DNA from: Octopus sinensis
Taxonomy: Eukaryota
Direction: 5' to 3'
Assembly (NCBI RefSeq): GCF_006345805.1
Contig: NC_042997.1
Coordinates: forward strand, 95,852,001 to 95,916,000
DNA length: 64,000 nt
Each line of letters starts with the position of its first letter. Positions within the stretch are counted from its first letter, which is position 1. The notes under the pieces were generated by a model, which worked only from the letters and a program-made list of their open reading frames with translations, was not told the origin of the DNA and made no database searches. Made by a program: the position numbers and the translations under genes. Shown here piece by piece: positions 36,341 through 48,663 of the stretch.

Positions 36341-37034
36341 TGTATGTAATGTATGTATGTATGTATGTAATGTATGTATGTATGTATGTATGTATGTATG
36401 TGTGCGCGTGTGTGTGTACACATATATATATACATACATATATATATATATATATTTAGATAGATAGATTGATTGATTGCCTGATTGATTGATGGAGAGA
36501 TAAAATTAGATATATTCATTCGTACCAGTATAAATGTGCGTGTATTTGTGTATACATTATACATACGTACAAACCCATATACCTACATATCTATCAACAT
36601 GCATAATACATACACACATATATGCATACATACATATATACATACATATATGTATACATACACGCACAGGTGTATACAGATAGAAAGAGAAATATCGATC
36701 AGATGTCCATAGCAGTAGACGCCAAGAATGAATTCTCAGTAAACAGAGGAAGGATTCTTGCTGTTTACAATTGACTGGATGTTACAGAAATCTTTTCCTG
36801 AAAGAAACCAATAAAATGTGTGGGTGTGTGGTATTTAGAGTAAACACCGTGACTGAAAGGAAATCATTTGTTAAATAATATATATTGCTCCATCGCTTCT
36901 TGCATTTACTGCTTCTTACTATTACGCTTTCACATATTTACTACACTTATATTACGAAACAATATTAATCATTTAAAGAATATAATAAATATTAAGCACA
37001 TATTTCATTAAACACAAAATATTGCACGCACGCA

Positions 37035-37190
37035 TTATAGGTGTGGCTGTTCGGTGAGTAGCTTGCTTACAAACCACATGGTTCTAGGTTCAGTCTCACT
37101 GCGCAAGTGCCTTCTACTATAGCCTCGGTCTGACCAAGGCCTTGTGAGTGGATTTAGTAGACTGAGACTGAATGAAACCCGGCATGTATG

Positions 37191-37237
<47 letters not shown>

Positions 37238-37375
37238 TATATATATACATATTTATGTGTGCGTATGTAAGTGTTTTTCCTCCCACCATCGCTTGACAAC
37301 CAACGTTCGTGTGTTTACGTCCCCGTAACGTAGCGGTTTGGCAAAAGGGACCGATAGAATAAGTACTAGGCTTAT
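37035..37375 (+). mobile_element. SINE type A
   Basis: aggtgtggctgttcggtgagtagcttgcttacaaaccacatggttc...gcttgacaacc...gatagaataagtactaggctt. Confidence 0.85.
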
Positions 37376-37489
37376 ATATACATAAAGGAAGTTACAAAAG
37401 TCACTGATGGGTTCCAGTTTTTAATAACTTCCTCAAATCTAGAAATAAATGCATGGAATCGTGATACAATATAAAGGACGTAATGGACA

Positions 37490-37871
37490 TTAGTATGTTT
37501 AAGTCAAATTTTGCATCACCATTTCACTACATATGAAAAATGGCATCGCTTAAATAGCAGCCATTTTCGACTTCGCAAGCCCGTCCTCTTTCCAAAACTT
37601 GCACCATCACTTCCTCAAGAGTTTCAGGCTCCACTGCTATAATTTCTCTATTGATGTTCTCCTTCTGTTGCATCAGGATCTCCGGCTTGTTAACGTAAAC
37701 CTTCTTCTCAGGTATCACCAAAATAAGAAATCAGGGCTAGTCATGTCTGAGGAAGGGGAAAACCAGTTGACATTACTGTGGCGAGAGACTATTCTCTCTT
37801 CAAAGCACTGCCGTAGCAACACCATTGTTTCTCTTGCGGTATGAGCAGTTTCCCCATCTTGCTGGAACCAT
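37490..37871 (-). pseudogene. Tc1/mariner transposase C-terminal remnant, DD41D (rosa-type) spacing
   Basis: Hand translation gives WFQQD-GETAH...NWFSPSSDMTSP-D-FLFW*YL, with 41 residues between the second and third Asp. It continues via a frameshift into VYVNKPEIL..KENINREI. Confidence 0.7.
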
Positions 37872-37887
37872 GTTTGAGGCTTTCTTT

Positions 37888-38100
37888 GAGTGGATTTCTC
37901 GTTCCTCAGACTTGACTCACCCGGATTTACTCTTGTGGGGATACCTGAAAGAGAGGGTTTGCATCAAAAACCAGAAACCCTGGTGCAAGTAAAGGAGAAC
38001 ATCAATATAGAAATCAGAGAAGTGGGGTCTGAAATTCTTTTGAGTATTATGGTACAAGTTTTGGAATGAGCACGGGTGTGGGAAGCCAAAAAATGGCTTA
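37888..38100 (+). pseudogene. Second, diverged remnant of the same transposase C-terminus in opposite orientation
   Basis: EWISRSSDLTHPDLLLWGYLKERV..KPETLVQVKENINIEIREV. Confidence 0.7.
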
Positions 38101-38185
38101 TATATACATGCATATATATGTGTGTATATAAATATATCTTTATATTTATATATATATATAAATATTTATATATTCATATATATAT

Positions 38186-38230
<45 letters not shown>

Positions 38231-38835
38231 GTATGTATGTATGTACGCACACAAAAATATATGTTAAGTATGATTCTATGTAGGGAGAATGTAGGTAACA
38301 TCGCAAAATATCTTGAATGGTAGTTCTTTTAAACTGATTTCTCTTTTATATAGTGAAAGATAAAATATTCAAATATATTAGATTTGTTAAATTAGTTCTT
38401 CATAAATATAAAAATTTACGTCATATAAATGTTACTAACCCACTGTGCGCATACACAAATGTGTGTATGTGTGTGTAGGTGTGTCTAAATTTGTGCATGT
38501 ATGTATGTATGTGTGTGTATATGTGTGCATCTATAACTTTATATGCTTATATGCGTTGATTAATCTATGAAAACTATGAAAATATTTGATTAATCTATGA
38601 AAACTGCATAGAAAATAATGAAACAAAAGTTTTTTTTATATTTGAATGATTATTTCGGAATAAATAGCGATTAAATAACGTAATTAGATCTTCATAACAC
38701 AAAATATATAAAGACGAGTTCATACATACATACTTACTTTTTCTCCCACACACATACACGCAAGCAGGCACACATACACACATATACACACGTACTAATG
38801 GAGAAAGAGAGAGGGAGAGGAGAGTGTAAAAGGGA

Positions 38836-38886
38836 TAGATAGATAGTTAGATAGATAGATAGATAGATATATAGATAGATAGATAA

Positions 38887-38945
<59 letters not shown>

Positions 38946-38946
38946 T

Positions 38947-39016
<70 letters not shown>

Positions 39017-39035
39017 CGATTGATAGATAGATATA
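38836..39035. repeat. (GATA)n microsatellite
   Basis: Direct inspection. Confidence 0.97.
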
Positions 39036-39870
39036 TACATTCATACATACATGCATACATACATGCATTCATATAAACATACGTACACGAAAGACTGCAG
39101 TATTATACATATGCAGAAACGTAATTGGTATTTTAGGAATTATATCTTTATAAAGCATAGATGTGTTTGAGTAAATCAAGTGACAATATAATACAATTGC
39201 TAGGCGAAATTGCATATTCTTATCGTAACCTTATTCAGTCCTTTCAATAAAACAATATAATATTGGAAAGTTTACTCAATTTATCCTCGTTATTCAAATT
39301 ACCAACATTAATTGTTTGAGGGAACAGAGAGTGAGAGAGTGTTATGTTGTAGTATGGGATAAATAGAAGTATGAAAGGTTGATACGAAAATAATAGTAAA
39401 GGAAGATGGTGAAGGTCATTTTGGCATCTTAGACAGCCACACATGTATACACCACTTAGAACTTTGAAAATATATACGCAATACAGTGTAGTGAAGGAAA
39501 AGAAATAACTCCGAAGCAATGTAGACTACATAGCGATGCCAACAACAACAACACTACTACCAACCGCAACAATACCAACAATGATATTAATAATAGCAAT
39601 AAATCCAGCTACATGAACATCCACTGCTATATCCAAGTTGAAGGGAATTAGTGGCAACTTCCGTTAACAGGTTTATTAATTTCATCTCCAAAGAACATGT
39701 TTTAGGCAGACGAAGTGTATGCTCATGAGTGCATAGTACATTGCTCACTCTGTGTCTTTTCATTTGTAGGCACACATGCAGTTACATACATGCATATAGA
39801 CATACAATGCTAGACTCATACACATTTAGTGGTGGGAACGCAAACACACCCGCATATATGTACACACACA

Positions 39871-39972
<102 letters not shown>

Positions 39973-41189
39973 AAGTGAAAGAGTGTAAGCAATTCTAATA
40001 GTATTACAATAACGAATATTAAAAATGGGATCAATGCATGGTACATTCAAATTATAGAATCGCAGGAACAATCGAAAAATATATCACTAACAACGTTCTC
40101 TAAAATAGGCCCAAATACTGAAATTTGGGAAATAGATTCCATCGATCCGCACGGTTCAACTGGTATTTATTTATTTAACCCGAAAGTACGAAAGGTGAGT
40201 TCGACATCGGTGGCGTTTGAACTCAGAATATGCAGGAAGAAAGGCTACTCACAGATATTTGTTCGGTGTGTTTATGCTTCTGCCAGATCCCTGCTCTAAG
40301 AATTTTGCTCAGAACAATAAATATAATTATACTTGTATCAGTACATGTATTTATAAATTGTTTGCAATATACGCCGGATATTGTAGAAATTGGCGTGTTG
40401 TAAGTCGCGTATACGAATTTTTTTAATAGTAATTAGTGCAGCAGTGATATTGTCTTTTAAGTTAAGTTATACTTTAACTGAGATATGTTTCGAAAATTAT
40501 TATATTTCCAATGCTGTAATGTATGTACATATGCTTTACTTCCTGTGGATCTTCTATTTTGTGTCTTTCCCTTATTTCAGTGATGGGGTGTGGTAATAAA
40601 ACCGCAGGACTTATTCCGTCGGGCCGTTAGGTTATGGTGGCCTAAACAAATAAAAGCACAACAACACACACTCATGCAGATATACGACAAAGTCCCAGAT
40701 TCACTGACAAGTCATTGATTGACACAGAGCAATAGTAGAACTGAACCCAAAAGTATGTGATTTCAAAGTGAGCTTCGTAACAACACAAATCATGCATTAC
40801 ATAGCAATGTCATTAAGACCTTTACGTATACACAAAATCTAGGAAATGACGTTAAGCCAATTATCATGACCTCATTTTTCCTTCAGCAGTCTTACTCTGC
40901 TCCTTTCATATTGATTTCTTTCATTCTATATTATCATACTGTCTCGAGCCGTAGCATTCATATGCCGTTAATTGGATACCATGGCATACAAATGACTGAG
41001 ATCACAGCATTCCCCTTGGATGGTTACTCATTTATACCACAGTGAACAGGAGCAAAGTTAAATTTAAAATTTTGTTCAAGAACTTAAGACCCCCCCCCAC
41101 ATACACATGCACACTGGTTCGAGATATCGAAACCATGATCACCAGAACTTGAGTGCAACACCCTAACTGGATTTCAAATTTTTGGCACA

Positions 41190-41410
41190 AGGAAAATAAA
41201 TTCGGGGAACGACCTCAATGCTCCACTTGTACTTATCGACTACGAAAGGATGAGAGGCAGTAATGATTCCGTCAGTTCCCCGCCTCTTTTTGCCAGCTGA
41301 GTGAGCTGGAGCAGCGTGAAATGAAATGTTTTGCTTAAGAAAACAAAGCGCCACCCTTTTCACGAATCGAAAACACAATCTTACGACCATGAATTCAACA
41401 ACCTAACCAC
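41190..41410 (-). mobile_element. SINE type C-like copy
   Basis: ccagctgagtgagctggagcagcgtgaaatgaaatgttttgcttaagaaaacaaagcg...gaatcgaaaacacaatcttacgaccatga is the reverse complement of the type C centre and head. Confidence 0.6.
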
Positions 41411-41526
41411 TAAGCCATCCCCCTCCACTTTCGCTTACTACAGAGTTGTACTTTACATACATGGTATTTTCACTAGATTTTTATTTCAGTATATTGAGAT
41501 CAAATCAAGGCTTCCTTTCTATGATA

Positions 41527-42562
41527 CGAGGGACGTTCAATAAGTAATGCCTCTGATCCACTTGCAGTTGTTTGATCCAGCTGAAATTTTGCATGTGCAA
41601 TTATTCATATCTCTACAGCTCCCAGATCTGGTCGCCCCCTTCTGTCATTGATGAGGTATCTGTCTGTCAAGTTGAGGCTGCCATTTTGGAAGATCGACAC
41701 ATAATTATTCGCCAAATAGCCTATGAGGTCAAGATTAGTACCAGGTCTGTGGAAACTATCATTCATGACCCTTTGCCTATGCAAAAGGTGTCTGCCAGAT
41801 GGATTCCCAGGTTGCTCACACCTTTCCAGAAGCAAGAACGCGTCGAGTGCTCGAGGATGAATTTGGAGATGTGCCAAGAAGATGAGTCAAATTTTTTCAA
41901 AAGTCTGATTACACAGGATGAAACCTGGGTCCATCACTATGATCCAGAGACCAAAGCCCAGTCAATGCAGTGGAAGCACCGTGACTCACCGCCTCCAAAG
42001 AAGGCAAGGGTGCAACCCTCCGCTGGCAAGGTCATGCTCACAGTCTTCTGGGACCAGGACGGAGTAGTGATGACAGATTTCCTGGCAAAAGGTACCATAA
42101 TTACAGGAGCCTATTATGCTTCATTTTTGAAGAAATTAAGAGAAGCTATCAAAATCAAGAGGCGGGGCAAGATCAGCAAAGGCATCTTCCTCCTGCTGGA
42201 CAACGTTCCGGTCCACAACTCGCGTATCACCAGATCAGAAGCACAGGCGTGCGGCTATGAACTCCTCCCCCATACCCCCGACCTTGCACCCTCTGATTCT
42301 CGCCTCTTCCCAGCCATGAAGTTGTTTTTGAAAGGAAAGCGTTTCCCAGATGATGCAGCCTTGATTTCTGAGGTCACGTTGAGGTTGGAGGACCAAGCTG
42401 GGTTCTTCTACAAAAACGGTCTCCAGAGCTGCATCAAACGATGGGAGAAATGCGTAACTCTGGGTGGTTCCTATGTAGAAAAAGACTAATAACTGTGCCA
42501 AGTTTCGTTGCTCTAGTGCTATGGGAAGTGGGTCAGGGGCATTACTTATTGAACACCCCTCG
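41527..42562 (+). mobile_element. Mariner element (irritans-like), internally deleted, with both TIRs and TA target duplication
   Basis: 37-bp TIRs with 4 mismatches (cgagggacgttcaataagtaatgcctctgatccactt). TA at 41525-26 and 42563-64. Length 1036 bp. Confidence 0.95.
41572..42489 (+). pseudogene. Mariner transposase open frame lacking the first HTH, with shortened D-D spacing
   Basis: WIPRLL, TQDETW, LLLDNVPVH, PHTPDLAPSD (YSPDLAP motif damaged), RWEKCV..GGSYVEK. There are 31 rather than 34 residues between the second and third Asp. Confidence 0.9.
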
Positions 42563-42805
42563 TAAAGTAAGAAGAAAACTAAAGTAAGTGTATATTAAGT
42601 CAGAAGGAGGTTTTGTTAATATTATTTCATTATTTCTTTTATCAGTTTTAAAAACTGCTGTATACACGCATTATGCAGATAACTTAAAATATCAATATGA
42701 ATTCAAACTTTTACTCAGGTGTAAGTTTCGTATAGATACAAACATCTGCATACATACATAAATGCATAATACTTACATACATATATACATACATACATAT
42801 GTACA

Positions 42806-42843
<38 letters not shown>

Positions 42844-43042
42844 GCATACATACATAATACATATATATCAGGGACGTGCCATCTAGGTAGGCAGTGCCTA
42901 CTCTGAATAAGATTGATCGATAGAAACATTTTCCCTTTATGACACAATATGCACCTAATTCCATTCCATAATATTATGAAGTTTACTCTGATTACTGTGC
43001 ATAAACAACATATATATATTTATATGTATATATATATGTGTA

Positions 43043-43086
<44 letters not shown>

Positions 43087-43087
43087 A

Positions 43088-43137
<50 letters not shown>

Positions 43138-43145
43138 TATATATA

Positions 43146-43549
43146 TAGGCGCAGGAGTGGCTGTGTGGTAAGTAGCTTGTTTACCAACCACATGGTTCCG
43201 AGTTCAGTCCCATTGCGTGGCACCTTGAGCAAGTGTCTTTTACTATAGCCTCGGGCCGACCAAAGCCTTGTGAGTGGATTTGGTCGACGGAAACTGAAAG
43301 AAGCCCGTCGTATATATGTATATATATATGTGCGTGTGTGTTTGTGTGTCTGTGTTTGTCCCCCTAGCATTGCTTGACAACCGATGCTGGTGTGCTTATG
43401 TCCCCGTTACTCAGCGGTTCGGCAAAAGAGGCCGATAGAATAAGTATTGGGTTTACAAAAGAATAAGTGCCGGGGTCGAGTTGCTCGATTAATGGCGGTG
43501 CTCCAGCATGGCCGCAGTCAAATGACTGAAACAAGTAAAAGAGTAAAAG

Positions 43550-43550
<1 letters not shown>
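43146..43550 (+). mobile_element. SINE type A, full-length reference copy
   Basis: tRNA-like head with A box (tggctgtgtgg) and B box (gttccgagttcagtccc), CORE-like ccttgagcaagtgtc, internal microsatellite, and tail ending (gagtaaaa)n. Confidence 0.92.
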
Positions 43551-43644
<94 letters not shown>

Positions 43645-44248
43645 AGATTGGATAGGCATAATTCGCCCCTGCCTTTCAATCTCAGTATTTAAGTTGCGCA
43701 TAGTAATGCTGAAGTACACTATTACAACGTTTTCTGTACGGGCTGTAGGGGCAGAAGTAAATCAGCCTCTACAGAAGTAAATCTGACTCTACAGGTCAGC
43801 AACTGTTTATCCTGACTATCACGTAACGGCACATGCCTGATACACACATAAACACACACACACACAAACACACACAAACACACACACACATACATATGTA
43901 AAGAGAGAAGGCAAGGGAGTAGAAAGGTTTATATATACAGATAAATCGAAACATACACAAAGATATGTATTCTACATAGATGCATACATAGATACATGCA
44001 TACATTCATACATACATACAAGCATGCAAGCATACACAGACACACACATACATGCATGCACACACACAAACATATATATATATATATATGTGTGTGTGTG
44101 TTTATATATTTATATACACGTGTGTATATGTTAATATGTTTATAAATATATATATATAAACAGCATAAAATACAAATACAGATGTGTGCTTGCGTGTTTA
44201 TGAGTGAGTGTGAATGTACATGCGCAAGAGCACATACGAACTTATATA

Positions 44249-44289
<41 letters not shown>

Positions 44290-44644
44290 TATATATGCTT
44301 ACATCATCATCGTGTCAAATTTTGATGACAGCAAAGTAGACATTTCAACGTAAGTGGGTTATAAGCACCGATACTTCAGCGACATATATGTCAATCTCCT
44401 TCAAACCGTAGATAAATATATAGTGATGTAAGGAGATTCATGTCTTCATTTCAATATGATAAAATGAATACGCCATGACACTGCAATAAGCACGAGCAAT
44501 ATTTCTATGTTCCCAACACAATAAATGGCTGTACACATATTTATATTCCTGCATCCACAAATTCATTCGTCCGTGCGTATGTGCATACATACATACATAC
44601 ATACATACATACATACATACATACATACATACACAAAAAATTAT

Positions 44645-44893
44645 GAAAAGCAATGAAGAGAATACCTATGCTGAACATTGAGATATCTGCAGTTACTCTA
44701 TTAAGATTACTAGTTCAGATTTATATCTGTAATTATAGCGGCCCTGGGATGCGTAACACCCTATCTAAATACCAATCTTGAGAAATTAGGCTTCTCAAAA
44801 CCTGACAAGAGAAAGCTAATTCGAAGACTACAAATCTAATTCGTCATTGGAACTGTAAATTTCTGTAAAACCTCCCAGAAGTTTATCATTTAA
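44645..44893 (+). pseudogene. C-terminus of an R4/Dong-like (restriction-like endonuclease) non-LTR element, degenerate
   Basis: [71 protein letters not shown] resembles the post-RLE tail (..P(V/I)I(I/V)GALG..) of RLE-type LINEs. Clade is from memory. Confidence 0.55.
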
Positions 44894-45744
44894 ATATATA
44901 TGAGTATGTCTAGATACGCAACTATATGCATGAGAATACATATATTAAACATACAAATTTGCACATGCATACATACATACATACATACATACATACATAC
45001 ATACAAACAAACAAGAAAACGAACAAAAAACATCGCCAGCAAGTGAAAAATGCGTAAACACACGAGAGAAAAGTACAGGACAAAATACGCAAAGAAGATA
45101 ACTCCTCATCAGTTGTCGGACAGGAGTAAAACACAGTCCAGCATGCCTTGAGTTTTGCTTGGACTTTTTATTTTTACATTTCTATGTAACTCTCGAGGTA
45201 GTGGATTGGTTTTGTGTTTCATTCCTTAGCTTTACTGATTGTAATTAAATATCATATATAAGTTATTTTCATTTTCGTGTTATGAAAATGAAATAAATTT
45301 TAATTGTTATAGTCTTTTATTTACCAATCTTACTAGCTATTGAAAAGTTCCCTAGAAACAATAGCCGGCTAGTCTCTTCCACGTTAAAATAATTCATTTC
45401 AACAATTTAAGTGTTTTACCATCACTATTTGCTTGAACAGACCAGCCCAATTTCTACAGTTGTTCCTTGATAGTTGTTAGTTGACCCCCAAATTTGTCAG
45501 AATAGGTGATCTGAAACATTAAATTATGTCAGTCTAGAATCTAGAGTAAACGTTTTATCATTTTACATTCATCTCAGAGCTGAACAGGTACGCCTACTGT
45601 AGCCACTACCAGAATCTATAGTTGAAGAGGGACTGCTATTTTAGGGACTGCTATTTTTTAATCAATCTGTAATAAATAGCAGTCAAATCTACTAAACTCA
45701 CCTGAATGTAATAAATACAAAATAAATACTCATGCTACTAGATA

Positions 45745-46370
45745 CAAGGTCTGATCAATAACCGGACTGTTGCCATATTCACGAAGTTAAATAACACAGA
45801 GTAAAGCCGCTTGGCACAAATTGATCTTGAACTCTACTGTGCATGCGTACTTAGCTTTAACGTTGTAGCTCAATTCTGCTTTTTACATCAGTACTTGGAA
45901 GGAAGGTTTGTAGAATGTGTAATTTCGCATTGACTATGATAAAGTTTCCATAGCGATACCTGCCCAGAGGACTATGCAAAGTTGCAGAAAGTGTATGGAG
46001 TTATGTGTATGAGCCACACACAGGTGCACGAGTGATTCAGATGTTTCCAAGATGAAAGAAAATACGTCGATATTAAAGAACGTTTTGGGAAACCTGCAAC
46101 CAGCAGAACTAAGGAACACATCGCAGATTTGCGTGCAGCTGTGAGGAGAAATCGTCGAGACACTATCCGTGAGTTATCAGAGGTTGTGCAGATTAGTTAC
46201 GCTTCAGTTCAGTCCATTATCACTGAAGAGTTGGGTACGAAACGCTTGTCTGCCAAGTTTGCGCCAAAACTGCATTCAGCTAACCAAAAGGACATTCGGG
46301 GTTTCAGTTGCAGAAGATCGCCCTGTGTTGAGATGGTTGAAAACTTTTTGAAAAATTTTGCATAGGCCTC
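45745..46370 (+). mobile_element. Mariner 5' remnant (TIR-like end plus N-terminal HTH region)
   Basis: ta|caaggtctgatcaataaccggactg, then fragments VYGVMCMSHTQVHE*FRCF and RAAVRRNRRDTIRELSEVVQISYASVQSIITEELGTKRLSAKFAPKL. Confidence 0.75.
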
Positions 46371-48169
46371 TGAGCAGGTATCACCAAGCTTTTGGCAAAA
46401 TTTTATGCAGATTCTCTACTCAACTTACTGTCATGGTCAATGCAACGGTCAAACGCCTCACACCTTCTTTCCAAGTACTGCTGTAAATAGCTGGTGTTAG
46501 CTAGACGGTTAAATCTTAGTGTGCATGGAAAAATGCGTTCAAGGTAAATCTGTAGCAATCGGCTTGCCTCTCCATGCTTTAGTTGCGTTACTATATTAAG
46601 AGTCTGAATACGTATTGATCAGACCACATACATTCTATCTGAAGAGAATAAATATAGGAAAACGACGGAGTGGGCGTGACTAGAATGCCTTTTATATATA
46701 GGCCTGTTGGATTGGAGCTTATCTCAGCAACAGTAAGAACATCAACAACAACGACGACATACAATCTGTGAAGATCACCCATTTAATCCGACTGTCGTGT
46801 TGCATTCTATACAATTTATTCATTGCATTAAGAGAGTTCTATACTTTTCAAGTAAGCAGATGTATGGCATAATGTGATCATCTGCTTAGGGGCCACGCGT
46901 AGTCATTCAGACTGCTACCTGCGTGTCTGCTCTATGACAACAGAAAGACATTATTCTGATACCTAGATGGAATAAACCTCTATCCGGCAGTAGAAATTTC
47001 GTTGGTGCTTAACTATTTGAGACTGCAATTTCTTATTGTAGATTCCATTTCTGTAAGTTGTAATACTGATATCTCGCGACAAGTGATTCCCAAAAATATG
47101 CGAATCCTTTAATAATCTAACTATGTTAAATAAATAAGTACAAATGGGCAGTAGTGTCTGTATCATGAGGTTTGTCAGTGAACTTAAACTCTTCATGTCT
47201 TTCTGCATTGCTCTCAGAATCATATAAATGAAAGAGCGCACATGAGTTGGTATCAGGAAAGTGTAATTTAGCATTAAAGAACTTGTTATAGAGAGTTTGA
47301 TATATCTTATTTCGAAAAATTTATATCATTCCATACTATATTACTAAATTTCCTTCATGTAACACTGGACCCCTTTGAAAGAGAAAAAGAGAGAAAGAGG
47401 GGAAGAGAGGGGAGAGAGAGACAGAGAGACAGACAGTGAGAGAGACACTGGATAATGTAGTTCTTGATATAGAAAAAAACGGAACTGTCTATACTGGGTC
47501 AAAGAAAATCATAAATGTGCTCCATCAGAGAAGTCTGCAAAGAACGTCAAGTTGAGTATAAGTTGATTTCAGATTTCCCTCTGAAAAATAATAAAACTGA
47601 AGCAGTTAATGCAACAAGTTAGTTGGCGATATTGCAAGAAATGATTCAAGTGATAAATTATTATAGCTCAGTATTCTACTGGGGCAATGTATATAGACCG
47701 GTTTCTATTCAGAAAATATATAAAACATTAGAAAACCAGTTTTGCTACGAAACAAATAAATATATGAAATATTTAATAATTCTTGATAGAACGATAGCTT
47801 TATATATGTATAAAGAATTTATTAACTTAAACTGAATATCGGTGTGTGTAAGCTTGTATGTATAAAACTATCCTATGTGGAAAATATATAGTCTAGAAGT
47901 CAATAAAGAAAAATCTGATTCATTAGATTATATTCCCCTCTGATAACCAACTGTCATAGTTATATAAATTCCCCGTGGACATGAAAAGAGACTCCAAGTT
48001 TACATGTGTTTTTCATTCTCATCAGCATTCACTTATAAATACAATGTATATGGTAATTTTTTATCTTAAAATTTCGTACGAAAAGCCAATGCTGCGGACA
48101 TATACAAGCAAACATATATATATTATATGCATGCATGTGAGTATGTGTATACTTATATATATTGTTTTG

Positions 48170-48663
48170 TCTTGGTATAAAAGATGGGCTACAGCAAATA
48201 TTCTGCTCAATACCACAGATTTGCTTGTCAGTTGTTTGACTTTAACCAGTTAAGCATGTCCCTTAGTGGCTGACGATATGTGCATCTCTGATCACGAGCA
48301 GAAGTAGTGGGGGAGCATCATAGCCATGTGTTGAGAGGGATTCTTTGGGGTTTGAATGATTCACCTCTGGAAACATGGGTGGTTCTTTCAACATCCTTAA
48401 ACAACCCTTATTCAGGGACCTTTTGAGCGGGATGGGCTACTCAACCAGAAGAAAATTCTAACTGGGCCCCACCTGCAAGGTCATGTGCTGTTTATCTTGA
48501 TATGAGATCACCATGTCGCGCACATATGGTTGTGATGCATGTGCCTGGTGTACCCTTATCAGACGGGTAGTCATGATGGGTATATTGGGCTTCGTATATT
48601 TTACCCCAATGTCACTTTAATGGCATGAACTGCTCTCTCACTCAATAATAATAATAATAATAA
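48170..48663 (+). mobile_element. Probable LINE 3' UTR remnant ending in (AAT)n
   Basis: A GC-richer island in AT-rich background that ends abruptly in ctctctcactcaataataataataataataat. No ORF. Family identity is inferred. Confidence 0.45.

Noticed and set aside
43146-43215. tRNA gene calls for SINE heads (also 28801, 12607, 6480)
   Set aside because: They have A/B boxes but no complete cloverleaf, and each continues into a SINE body.
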